From the sequence record DRR723986_9195: DNA of 36,642 bases; one strand, written 5' to 3'. A model generated the notes under the pieces. That model saw nothing but the letters and a program-made list of their open reading frames with translations, ran no database searches and was not told the DNA's origin. Of the stretch, positions 9,953 through 18,958 are shown piece by piece. Each line of letters opens with the position of its first letter. The stretch's first letter is position 1. The position numbers were made by a program, and so were the translations under genes.

Positions 9953-9968
9953 TTGGAAACGTTTCCAA
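9953..9968. promoter_or_regulatory. LacI-family operator
   Basis: Perfect 16-bp palindrome TTGGAAACGTTTCCAA with the central CG typical of LacI sites, just upstream of the LacI gene's RBS. Confidence 0.8.
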
Positions 9969-9985
9969 GACTGAAGGAGCCAAGG

Positions 9986-11050
9986 GTGAGATCGCGTCCG
10001 CCGACGATCAAGGATGTTGCCGAGCAGGCCGGTTGCGGCATTGCAACGGTGAGCCGCGTCCTCAACGGCACCGGCTCCGCCAGCGCCGACACCCGCCGGA
10101 AGGTTCTTTCGGCAGCAAAAGCACTCGGCTTCGAATTCAGCGCGCTTGGCCGATCCCTGCAAAGCAGCTCGACAAAGACACTCGGCTGCATCGTCCCTTC
10201 TCTCGCCAATCCCGTATTTGCCGAAGTCGTCCAGGCTGCCCAGCAGGAAGCCCACCGCGAAGGCTATCAGCTCATTCTGGCCTGTTCGGAATACGACGAA
10301 GTGCTGGAGCTTCAGGCCGCGCGTACCCTGATTGCCAAACAGGTCGACGGCCTGGTCCTGACGGTCAACAATGCCGCCAACAGCGAGGCTCTGGAACTGA
10401 TCCGGGATAGGGACCTTCCCTGCTGCCTCGTCTATAACCGCTCCTCTTTCGGCTTGCCCGCGTGGGCCGTCGACAACCGTGCCGCCGCGCGTGAAGTCGC
10501 AAGGGCCTTTCACAGCCAGGGACACGTTCAAACCGGTTTTCTGGCCCTGCGGTTCCACCGCTCCGACCGCTCGCGTGAGCGCTACGAAGGCTTTGCCGCC
10601 GCATGCCGCGAGTTCGGCATGGCAGACCCGCTTCTTCTGGAAATCGAGGAGCAGGACGGCACCCTTCTGGAATTGCTCGGCACGCTTCTGGCGGAGCATC
10701 AGGCCCTGACCGGAATTTTCGCGTCGAACGACTTTCTCGCCCTTGCCGCCATGAAGGCCGCACGGGCCCTTGGCAAACGTATTCCCGACGATCTGTCGCT
10801 GGTCGGCTTCGACGGTATTTCCACCGGGCTGCTCGTCGACCCTCATCTGGCGACCGTCGAAACAGATCCGCGCACCATGGGTCAGGGCGCCGTCCATTCC
10901 GTGCTGGCAAGGCTGCTGGACCGGCCCACCCCCGACCTGCCGTCCGCCGCCGCCACATTCAGTTTCCGCGCGGGAGGCAGCCTTGGCCCTCCCGTTCCCG
11001 GAAAAGCCGATGGCAGAGAAGCTGCCACTTCCCTGCCATCCAATGAGTAA
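9986..11050 (+). CDS. LacI-family transcriptional regulator
   Basis: PTIKDVAEQAGCGIATVSRVLN helix-turn-helix; IPDDLSLVGFDG; GTG start after AAGGAG. Confidence 0.9.
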   Translation: MRSRPPTIKDVAEQAGCGIATVSRVLNGTGSASADTRRKVLSAAKALGFEFSALGRSLQSSSTKTLGCIVPSLANPVFAEVVQAAQQEAHREGYQLILACSEYDEVLELQAARTLIAKQVDGLVLTVNNAANSEALELIRDRDLPCCLVYNRSSFGLPAWAVDNRAAAREVARAFHSQGHVQTGFLALRFHRSDRSRERYEGFAAACREFGMADPLLLEIEEQDGTLLELLGTLLAEHQALTGIFASNDFLALAAMKAARALGKRIPDDLSLVGFDGISTGLLVDPHLATVETDPRTMGQGAVHSVLARLLDRPTPDLPSAAATFSFRAGGSLGPPVPGKADGREAATSLPSNE

Positions 11051-11089
11051 CCCCGAGACCTGCTTGAGATCGCTTCAGGAGTCACTGAC

Positions 11090-12085
11090 ATGAAACGTAC
11101 ACTTTTCGCATTGGCCATGACAATGGCGGCCGTCGTGCCGGCAAAGGCCGAAGATGCCGTTTGCTACAACTGCCCTCCGCAATGGGCCGACTGGGCATCG
11201 ATGCTGGAAGCCATCAATGAAAAGCTCGGCATTGCCATGCCGCATGACAACAAGAATTCCGGCCAGACCCTCAGCCAGCTTCTGGCCGAGAAGGCCGCGC
11301 CGGTCGCCGACGTTGCCTATTACGGCGTGACCACCGGCATCAAGGCCGGCAACGAAGGTGTCGTCACTGCCTATAAGCCGGCCGGTTTCGATGACATCCC
11401 CGAAGGCCTGAAAGACCCGGAGGGCAAGTGGTTTGCCGTTCACTACGGCACCCTCGGCATGTTCGTGAATGTCGACGCGCTCGGCGACGCTCCGGTACCG
11501 CAGTGCTTCGCCGATCTGAAAAAGCCGGAATACCGCGGCATGGTCGGCTACCTTGATCCGTCTTCCGCCTTTGTCGGCTATGCAGGTGCGGTTGCCGTCA
11601 ACCTGGCCTTCGGCGGCGATCTGGAGAACTTCGATCCGGCTATCAGCTACTTCAAGGAACTGGCGGAAAACGACCCGATCGTCCCCAAGCAGACCTCTTT
11701 CGCGCGCGTCGTTTCCGGCGAAATCCCGATCCTCTTCGATTATGACTTCAACGCCTATCGCGGCAAATACGAAGAAGACGGCAACTTCGAATTCGTGCTG
11801 CCGTGCGAAGGTTCCGTACGCGTTCCCTACGTGATGAGCCTGGTGGCAGGCGCACCGCATGAAGAAGCCGGCAAGAAGGTTCTGGACTTCATCCTGTCCG
11901 ACGAAGGCCAGGCCATCTGGACCAATGCCTACCTGCAGCCGTCCCGCCCGGTGGAACTGCCGGCTGAAGTCGCCGCGAAGTTCCTGCCTGCAAGCGATTA
12001 CGAGCGCGCGGTTGCCGTCGATTATGCCCACATGGAACGCGCCCAGGCCGGTTTCGGCGAGCGTTACCTGAACGAAGTCAAATAA
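11090..12085 (+). CDS. ABC transporter substrate-binding protein (AfuA/PotD-like cluster), ligand unknown
   Basis: Signal peptide ending AKA; PVADVAY, KDPEGKW and LDFILSDEGQ motifs; followed by two permeases and an ATPase. Confidence 0.85.
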   Translation: MKRTLFALAMTMAAVVPAKAEDAVCYNCPPQWADWASMLEAINEKLGIAMPHDNKNSGQTLSQLLAEKAAPVADVAYYGVTTGIKAGNEGVVTAYKPAGFDDIPEGLKDPEGKWFAVHYGTLGMFVNVDALGDAPVPQCFADLKKPEYRGMVGYLDPSSAFVGYAGAVAVNLAFGGDLENFDPAISYFKELAENDPIVPKQTSFARVVSGEIPILFDYDFNAYRGKYEEDGNFEFVLPCEGSVRVPYVMSLVAGAPHEEAGKKVLDFILSDEGQAIWTNAYLQPSRPVELPAEVAAKFLPASDYERAVAVDYAHMERAQAGFGERYLNEVK

Positions 12086-12097
12086 CATCCTGACCTG

Positions 12098-12133
12098 GCG
12101 GGCCGGAACGCGTTGGCGTTCCGGCCTGTTTTT
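12098..12133 (+). terminator. Intra-operon hairpin (partial terminator or mRNA stabiliser) after the binding-protein gene
   Basis: GCGGGCCGGAACGC-GTTG-GCGTTCCGGCCTGT followed by TTTT. Confidence 0.65.
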
Positions 12134-12148
12134 CCGAAGGCATTCTTC

Positions 12149-12952
12149 ATGTCCGACAGAACATTCGTGACCGCCTGCCTTTTACCGCTGGCGGTATTCG
12201 CCCTCGCTTTTCTGGCTCTGCCGCTGGTGCGCCTGGTTCAGGCTTCTTTTGAATCGGAAGCCGGCTGGAACATCTACCTGCAGATCCTGCAAACGCCTCG
12301 ATATCTTGAAACCCTGGTCAACACGGTGCTGGTGTCGCTGGCGGTCAGCCTTGCCGCGCTCGCTCTGGCAACCACCGCCGGCCTGTTCCTGGCGCGAAAC
12401 CGGTTCTTCGGACGCGGCCTGCTGCTTTCCGTCCTGACGCTGCCGCTGGCTTTTCCGGGCGTCGTCATCGGCTTCCTGATCATCCTCCTGGGAGGACGTC
12501 AGGGGCTGTTCAACCAGCTATTGCCCGGGCACGTCGTGTTCGCCTATTCGCTGACAGGCCTCTTTCTCGGCTATCTCTATTTTTCCATCCCGCGCGTCCT
12601 GCTGACGGTGATGGCCGCCGTTGAAAAACTCGACCCCGCACTGGAAGAAGCCGCCCGCACCCTCGGCGCATCGCCGAGGCGCATTGTCATCGACGTGATC
12701 CTGCCCGGTCTTGCCCCGTCCCTCGTAGCCGCCGGTGCAATCGCCTTTGCCACCGCCATGGGAGCCTTCGGAACCGCCTTCACGCTGGCCACCAATATCG
12801 ATGTCCTGCCGATGGTGATCTATACCGAATTCACCCTCTCGGCGAACATCGCCATGGCGTCAGCCCTGTCCGTTCTGCTGGGCCTTGTGACCTGGGCCCT
12901 GCTTTACATCGCCCGCAGTTTTGCGGGAACGACAGTTGCGGCGGGAGGCTGA
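12149..12952 (+). CDS. ABC transporter permease
   Basis: Multiple transmembrane helices; EAA loop LEEAARTLGAS. Confidence 0.88.
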   Translation: MSDRTFVTACLLPLAVFALAFLALPLVRLVQASFESEAGWNIYLQILQTPRYLETLVNTVLVSLAVSLAALALATTAGLFLARNRFFGRGLLLSVLTLPLAFPGVVIGFLIILLGGRQGLFNQLLPGHVVFAYSLTGLFLGYLYFSIPRVLLTVMAAVEKLDPALEEAARTLGASPRRIVIDVILPGLAPSLVAAGAIAFATAMGAFGTAFTLATNIDVLPMVIYTEFTLSANIAMASALSVLLGLVTWALLYIARSFAGTTVAAGG

Positions 12953-12953
12953 C

Positions 12954-13745
12954 ATGAAAAGATCCCTCGCCTGGTGGCTGCAATGTGCGGTCACGCTTGT
13001 TATCGCCGCCTTTCTGCTGGTCCCGGCCATCCAGTCGATCCTGGCCGGGGTGACAGCCAACTACTTCCGCGGTCTATCCTCGGGCCTGACCCTGAAATGG
13101 ATCGGGCGGGTCTGGGAGTTATATTCCGCCAGCATCTTCCTGTCGCTCTGGCTCGCGATAGCCTGCCTTGCCGTCACTCTGATGATCGGCGTTCCGGCGG
13201 CCTACGCCCTAGCCAGGAATCCCGGACGCCTGTCGCGCCTGCTGGAAGAGTTCATCTCGTTGCCGCTCGCCATTCCCGGCCTCGCACTGGCGCTCGCGCT
13301 CTTGCAGCTTTACGGGACCTTGTCCGGGTTCCGCACGTCCTGGACCTTCATTCTCGTCGGCCATGTTCTCTACACGCTGCCGTTCATGGTGCGATCCGTC
13401 TTGGCCGTTCTGATGGCCATGGATTTCCGCAGCCTTGAAGAAAGCGCGGCGACACTTGGCGCGTCTGCCTTCACGCGGTTTCGAACGGTGATCATCCCCA
13501 ATGCCATGCCGGGCATCCTGGCTGGTGCCCTGACCGTGGTGACGCTCTCCATCGGCGAATTCAACCTCACCTGGATGTTGCACACACCTTATCTGAAAAC
13601 CCTGCCCGTCGGCCTTGCCGACAGCTATGCCTCCATGCGGCTGGAGGTCGCCTCCGCCTATACGCTCGTCTTCTTCGCGATGATCGTACCGCTGTTGATG
13701 GCAATGCAATGGGCCTCCGCCAGAGCGCAAAGGATCGCTCAATGA
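12954..13745 (+). CDS. ABC transporter permease
   Basis: Multiple transmembrane helices; LEESAATLGAS and SIGEF; GGAGG RBS before ATG 12954. Confidence 0.88.
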   Translation: MKRSLAWWLQCAVTLVIAAFLLVPAIQSILAGVTANYFRGLSSGLTLKWIGRVWELYSASIFLSLWLAIACLAVTLMIGVPAAYALARNPGRLSRLLEEFISLPLAIPGLALALALLQLYGTLSGFRTSWTFILVGHVLYTLPFMVRSVLAVLMAMDFRSLEESAATLGASAFTRFRTVIIPNAMPGILAGALTVVTLSIGEFNLTWMLHTPYLKTLPVGLADSYASMRLEVASAYTLVFFAMIVPLLMAMQWASARAQRIAQ

Positions 13746-14785
13746 CCCTGACAATCGAAAACGCCGCCAAGACCTTTGCCGATGGCACGCGGGCTCTCTG
13801 CCCGACCAATCTGACAGTCGGTCCCGGCGAAATCCTGTCGCTGCTCGGTCCCTCCGGCTGTGGCAAGACGACCCTGCTGCGCATCATTGCCGGACTGGAG
13901 CGCCCCGATGCGGGCAGCCGGATCCGGTTCGACGAGACCGACGTGACCGGACTTGCCGTGGAACATCGCAATGTCGGCATGGTGTTTCAGTCCTATGCGC
14001 TTTTTCCCAACATGAGCGTGCGCGCGAATGTCGGCTACGGCCTGAAGGTTAGAAAAGTGCCGGCGGTAGAACGCCGGCAACGTGTGGACGAGGTGCTGAG
14101 CCTGTGCCGCCTTACCGACTACGCCGACCGGCCGACACATGCCCTGTCGGGCGGGCAGCGCCAACGGGTGGCCCTGGCCCGGGCCGTGGCACCGCGCCCC
14201 AGGATCCTGCTGCTGGACGAACCTCTGTCCGCGCTGGACGCCGCCTTGCGCGACAACCTGCGTGACGAACTGGCCGCCATGCTGCGGCAATTCCGGATCA
14301 CGGCTGTTTTCGTCACCCACGACCAGAGCGAGGCGATGGCGGTCGCGGACCGGATCGCGGTGATGTCGAGCGGAACCATGCTTCAGGTCGGCCGGCCAGA
14401 AGAGCTGTACCACACTCCGGCCAATGCCTTCGTCGCCCGGTTCATCGGCAACGCCATGCCATTGACCGGACACATGGAAAACGATGTACTGCAGCTGCCT
14501 GGCGGACAGTTGAAGCTTCCCGCTGGCGCCGCCGGCAAAACAGCTTACATACGGTCGGAAAACGTCCGGCTAGACCAGACAGGATCCTTGTCGGGAACGG
14601 TGGAAACCGTCACATTCTCCGGCGGTCATTTCCGTCTCGCCGTGGGCGGCGTCCTTCCGGATGCCGGCCTTCTCTATCTTCAGCACCCGGGCAGGACAGC
14701 CCCTGAAACCGGCAGCACCGTGCGCCTCGCCATTGATCCCTCCGACCTCATCTTCCTTGCAGACCAGACATCGACCCATTCATGA
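13742..14785 (+). CDS. ABC transporter ATP-binding protein (PotA/FbpC-like)
   Basis: GPSGCGKT, VFQSYALFP, LSGGQRQR, LLLDEP, VTHDQ; ATGA overlaps on both sides. Confidence 0.9.
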   Translation: MTLTIENAAKTFADGTRALCPTNLTVGPGEILSLLGPSGCGKTTLLRIIAGLERPDAGSRIRFDETDVTGLAVEHRNVGMVFQSYALFPNMSVRANVGYGLKVRKVPAVERRQRVDEVLSLCRLTDYADRPTHALSGGQRQRVALARAVAPRPRILLLDEPLSALDAALRDNLRDELAAMLRQFRITAVFVTHDQSEAMAVADRIAVMSSGTMLQVGRPEELYHTPANAFVARFIGNAMPLTGHMENDVLQLPGGQLKLPAGAAGKTAYIRSENVRLDQTGSLSGTVETVTFSGGHFRLAVGGVLPDAGLLYLQHPGRTAPETGSTVRLAIDPSDLIFLADQTSTHS

Positions 14786-15594
14786 CCAAGATCATTCAGA
14801 TTTCAGACACCCACATTGTTCCTGAAGGTGCACTCGCCTACGGACAGGTCGACACGGCCGCGGCCCTTGCCGAAACGGTCGCCACAATCAACCGCCTGCT
14901 GCCGCAGATCGGTCCAGTCGACCTCGTGATCGTTACCGGTGACCTGACCGAACATGGAACGCCGGAAGAATACGACCGCTTCAAGATGCTGATGGCGGAC
15001 CTCGACCTGCCCTACAGGGTGCTGCCGGGCAACCACGACCGGCGCGAGCCGATGCGGGAGAGCTTCGCAGACGCACAGTGGATGCCCCGCACCGGCCCCC
15101 TGGACTGGCAGATCGATTTTGAAGACTTTGCCGTTGTCGGGCTCGACAGCCTTACCGAAAGCGCAGCGCATGGCACACTTGAACCGGCAACCCTGTCCTT
15201 CCTGACGGACGCGCTCTCCGGTCTTGGCGACAAACCCGCGATAGTGGGTTTTCATCACCCTCCCTTTGCCGTGGGGATCAAGGCGATGGACGCGCAGAAC
15301 CTGCACGACGCAGATAGCCTGGGCACCGCCCTCTCCCTTCATTCCGGGCAGGTTCGGCTTGTCTGCGGCCATCTGCACCGCTCCATCGCCGGCCTCTTTT
15401 CCGGCAGCCTGTGTCAGGTCTGCCCCGGCACCTCGCATGCGGTCACGCTGGACCAGCGCACCAACGCCGGCAACAGCCTGACCAAGGAACCCGGCGGGAT
15501 GCTGCTGCACGAATGGCGTGACGATGGTTTCCTGACCCACCTCATCCCGGTCGGCGCCTTTCCGGGGCCTTATCCCTTCCTGGGTGTTTCCTGA
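14782..15594 (+). CDS. Metallophosphoesterase/phosphodiesterase (GpdQ/CpdA-like)
   Basis: Calcineurin-like motifs SDTH, TGDLT, PGNHD, HHPP and CGHLH; no signal peptide. Confidence 0.85.
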   Translation: MTKIIQISDTHIVPEGALAYGQVDTAAALAETVATINRLLPQIGPVDLVIVTGDLTEHGTPEEYDRFKMLMADLDLPYRVLPGNHDRREPMRESFADAQWMPRTGPLDWQIDFEDFAVVGLDSLTESAAHGTLEPATLSFLTDALSGLGDKPAIVGFHHPPFAVGIKAMDAQNLHDADSLGTALSLHSGQVRLVCGHLHRSIAGLFSGSLCQVCPGTSHAVTLDQRTNAGNSLTKEPGGMLLHEWRDDGFLTHLIPVGAFPGPYPFLGVS

Positions 15595-15634
15595 GGACCT
15601 GAAACGGGCGTCATGCAACGCGCCTGCCGGTGCC

Positions 15635-16708
15635 TCATGGCCCGGGAAACGTCGACCGCCAGCGGCGCAAAAAGGTTTCCCGGGTCAGGGCATCCAGTGC
15701 GACCATGAGCGCAGGGGAAAGACCGATCGGCCGCAGGGCTGTCGAACTCAGGACTTCGCCTTCGTTGCCATCCTCCGTTTCCAGAAGCGGGCTGATCAGC
15801 AATGCTGTCCGAAGTGCAAGCGTGCCTTCCGAGGACAAGAGAAAATCCAGGAACGCCTCGGCCTCGGCTTCGTTGTTTGCCTGCTTCGGGATCATGAAAG
15901 TGCGCGACAGGACCAGTGTATAGTCGGACGGCAGCACGATGCCGATCCGGTCGTCGTTGAGCTGATAGCCCTGGGCGTAGGAACCAAGCACGTTGTAGGC
16001 GATCAGGTAGCGCCCCTCGGCAACACCCTTGATGATGTCGACCGAGCAACAGGTGGAAATTGCCTGTGAGCGGCCGAAGGATTCCTGCAGCGCGCCGAAG
16101 GTGGTTGCTTCCTGCGCGTCGGCAAAAGCAAACAGATATCCAAGCCCCGACTGCTCGATGTCATAGGTCGCGACTCGCCCGGCATAGGGAGTGCCGGAAG
16201 GCCGAAGGAGATCGAGCAGGTCGAAGCGGGTCTGCGGAATATCCTCCACGGGCACCAGCTCGCGGTTATAGACGATCACCGCGGGCTCGCGGGTGATGCC
16301 CCACAATTCGTCGCGCCAGCGAAGGGCCTCCGGCAACTGTTCGGTCAACCGTGAGCGGTAAGACGCTGCGCAGGCTTCGTTGACCAGCTGCACCATCTGG
16401 TGAACACCGGAGCTGATGACAATGTCGGCGCCTGGAACGCCGTCGCGGCAGTCCCGGCGGGACAGGCGGTAGAGCTCGTTCGATCCCCATTGCTCGTAGC
16501 GCACCTGTAGCCCAGGCCGGGTGCGCAGGAAGCTTTCGACCACGGGACCGAAGATGGAAATATCCGTCGTGGAGCGCACCACCAGCACACGGTTGGTGGT
16601 CTCCGGTCCGAAATTTTCCACCAGCTCCTGGGCCGACACGGCCTGGCCGGTGGCAAGTAGCATCACGACTGCAGCCAGGCACTTCAGCAGATAGGCGGGC
16701 CGCTTCAT
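15635..16708 (-). CDS. Periplasmic binding protein (AfuA/PgtC-like) coupled to the sensor kinase
   Basis: Signal peptide ending VSA; EPAVIVYN, SGLGYL, IAYNVLGSYA and FLDFLLS; ATGA overlap with the kinase stop; no cognate permease. Confidence 0.8.
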   Translation of the reverse strand: MKRPAYLLKCLAAVVMLLATGQAVSAQELVENFGPETTNRVLVVRSTTDISIFGPVVESFLRTRPGLQVRYEQWGSNELYRLSRRDCRDGVPGADIVISSGVHQMVQLVNEACAASYRSRLTEQLPEALRWRDELWGITREPAVIVYNRELVPVEDIPQTRFDLLDLLRPSGTPYAGRVATYDIEQSGLGYLFAFADAQEATTFGALQESFGRSQAISTCCSVDIIKGVAEGRYLIAYNVLGSYAQGYQLNDDRIGIVLPSDYTLVLSRTFMIPKQANNEAEAEAFLDFLLSSEGTLALRTALLISPLLETEDGNEGEVLSSTALRPIGLSPALMVALDALTRETFLRRWRSTFPGP

Positions 16709-18102
16709 GTCCGCCCCTCCGGTACGGCTGCAAACACAAGGGCTGCACGAAAACGCGCCCCACCGGTCTTTTCCAGGCGCAATTCGCCATCGTAGGAAAG
16801 GGCGACGGAATGCGCGATCGCAAGACCGAGGCCGGAACTGCTTTGCCGCGACAGCGCGCCCTTGTTGAAACGGGACCCCAGTTCGGCAAGCACCCCATCC
16901 ACAGGTCCACCGCCCGCATCTTCCACCCAGATACTGGCTCGCCCGCCTTGCAGCGAAGCCCCGATCCGTACCGGCGAGCGGCCGTATTTGAGCGCGTTGT
17001 TCAGGAGGTTCTTCAAGGCTTCCTTCAGCGATTGCACATCCGCCAGCACTTCGACAGGGTCTTCGCCGATATCCAGGATCACGTCGAATTCCGGATTGAG
17101 AACAGCATGATCGCCTTCCTCGAAAACGTCGAGGGCAATATCGCGCAAGTCCACCTTCTCCCGTCTGGCGCTGTCGCCGCGGTGGATCACCAGTGCCTGG
17201 CTCAGAAGCTGGTCGAGCAGACGGCCGAGGCTTGCCGTTCGGGTCTGTATCCTCTCGACGATCTTTTCCTTGCGGGAAAGTTCCGGTTCGTCGGTGAAGA
17301 GATCCGCCTGGGCCCTGAGGGCAGCGACAGGCGTCCTGAGCTGATGCGCGGTGTCGGAGATCAGATGCCGCATGGAATTCATCTGCCGGTCGAGCCGGGC
17401 CATGAAGCCGTTTAGGGCATTGATCATCACCGCCGTTTCCCGCGGCACCGAGGTGTCGAGCGGTGTCAGGTCGTGGGGGTCCCGTGCCGAGAGACCGCCG
17501 GCGATCCGTTCCAGCGGCTGCAGCACCGAGCGGACGACGACGACCGACAACAGCACCATTGCCAGGCCGGAGGCTGCAAGCACGTAGAGCGCCTTGCGGG
17601 TGATGTCATAGGCCATGTCGTTACGCGCCCGCAGGGTCTGACCGACAACCACCTTGATCGTGCCGTTGAGCGTACGCTCGGCAAACCGGCGCGAGACCAC
17701 GGCAAAACGGGCCGGCTCTCCAAAGAACGAACCGTCGAAAAACCCTTCCCGGAAATCGCGCCGGCCTGTCGGCAGGGTGATTTCATCATAGCCGGTCAAC
17801 GTCGCACCCTCCGGGCCGATAATGCGATAGCCGATCCTGTCGTCGGGGGCGAGCGCCAGCAACTCGAACGCCGAAACCGGCAACTCGATGACGGGCCTGT
17901 CGTCCTGAACGGTGATAGACGAGGCAATGCCTGTTGCCGCGCCCAGGAGCAACCGGTCGTAGGCGCTTCTGGCCGCTTCCCGGCCATAGGCGAATGCCGC
18001 GATGGAAACGATCACCCCGCCGAAGATCAGCAGAAAGGCAATCCCGAAGGCAACACGTGCGGTGAGCGAGGTCGACGCCAGCCTGCGGATGAGATCAGTC
18101 AT
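16705..18102 (-). CDS. tctE: Sensor histidine kinase, TctE-like
   Basis: N-terminal TM and AYDRLL (2CSK_N-like), second TM and HAMP, H-box DTAHQLRTP, N-box NLLNNALKYG, G2 box SGLGLAI; start at ATG 18102 overlaps the regulator's end. Confidence 0.8.
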   Translation of the reverse strand: MTDLIRRLASTSLTARVAFGIAFLLIFGGVIVSIAAFAYGREAARSAYDRLLLGAATGIASSITVQDDRPVIELPVSAFELLALAPDDRIGYRIIGPEGATLTGYDEITLPTGRRDFREGFFDGSFFGEPARFAVVSRRFAERTLNGTIKVVVGQTLRARNDMAYDITRKALYVLAASGLAMVLLSVVVVRSVLQPLERIAGGLSARDPHDLTPLDTSVPRETAVMINALNGFMARLDRQMNSMRHLISDTAHQLRTPVAALRAQADLFTDEPELSRKEKIVERIQTRTASLGRLLDQLLSQALVIHRGDSARREKVDLRDIALDVFEEGDHAVLNPEFDVILDIGEDPVEVLADVQSLKEALKNLLNNALKYGRSPVRIGASLQGGRASIWVEDAGGGPVDGVLAELGSRFNKGALSRQSSSGLGLAIAHSVALSYDGELRLEKTGGARFRAALVFAAVPEGRT

Positions 18103-18766
18103 CGACTTCCAGCTTGTAACCAAGTCCTCTCTGGGTCTCGATCCGGACAGATCCGCCCGAGAGTTTCTTGCGCAGCCGCGCAACATAAAGCTCCAGCGCG
18201 TTCATGCTGACGTCGGTGTCCTGGAAACTGAACACCCCTTCGAACAGACGTTCCTTGCTGACGGTCTTGCCGCGATTGCGGACCAGGATCTCCAGCAGCG
18301 AGAATTCGCGCCGGGTCAGATTGATCGGGCTGTCGCCCTGACGCACGACCCGCGCGGAAGCATTGAACGTGAGGCTGCCGAGCGTCAGTTCCTCGGCCTT
18401 GTCGCCCTGTTCGCGGCGATAGAGTGCGCGGATGCGGGCTTCAAGTTCGCGGTGGTCGAACGGCTTGACCAGGTAATCATCCGCCCCGGAATTGAGCGAG
18501 GATACCCTGTCATCGACGGAAAATTCCGCCGTCAGCATCAGCACCGGCGTGCGCTCGCCCCGAGACCTGATCTCTTTCAGCAGCTCGGTGCCCAGGCCAT
18601 CCGGCAAATTGATATCAAGAACGATCACGTCGTAATGCTGAACGTTGACGCAGGCCCTCGCCTCTTCCAGCGACTTTGCCAGATCGCAGGCAATGCCTGA
18701 CCGGTCCAGCCGGATCATGATCGCCTCCGCCATGTCAAACGTGTCTTCAACGAGCAAAAGGCGCAA
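18095..18766 (-). CDS. tctD: OmpR-family response regulator, TctD-like
   Basis: LLVED, LDINLPDG, GADDYLVKPF, YVARLRKKL and RGLGY; TTG start after GGAGG; divergent from tctCBA. Confidence 0.82.
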   Translation of the reverse strand: MRLLLVEDTFDMAEAIMIRLDRSGIACDLAKSLEEARACVNVQHYDVIVLDINLPDGLGTELLKEIRSRGERTPVLMLTAEFSVDDRVSSLNSGADDYLVKPFDHRELEARIRALYRREQGDKAEELTLGSLTFNASARVVRQGDSPINLTRREFSLLEILVRNRGKTVSKERLFEGVFSFQDTDVSMNALELYVARLRKKLSGGSVRIETQRGLGYKLEVDD

Positions 18767-18833
18767 AGATTCGTTCCTCCCACCTCCAGTCTTGCCCCGC
18801 AATTTCGCTGCTTGCAAGCAATGTGCCCCCTGG

Positions 18834-18851
18834 TGACAGGTTGATGACAGG
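18834..18851. promoter_or_regulatory. Direct repeat TGACAGG-N4-TGACAGG, candidate TctD binding site
   Basis: 7-bp direct repeat with an 11-bp period (OmpR-type geometry) in the tctD/tctC divergent region. Confidence 0.6.
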
Positions 18852-18958
18852 GTTTGGCGCTAGGCTCTCCTCACGTCCGTTGGGAGGACCCGCTTTAACG
18901 CGGCACAACGGATACCAGGGGCTCACCAAAAGCCTTGCACATGTGGAGGAAACACAAC

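Noticed and set aside
11075-12088. 337-aa minus-strand ORF, and similar ones at 23930-24931, 5418-6314, 6095-7015 and 9947-10897
   Set aside because: Each lies opposite a well-supported gene and has no motifs of its own
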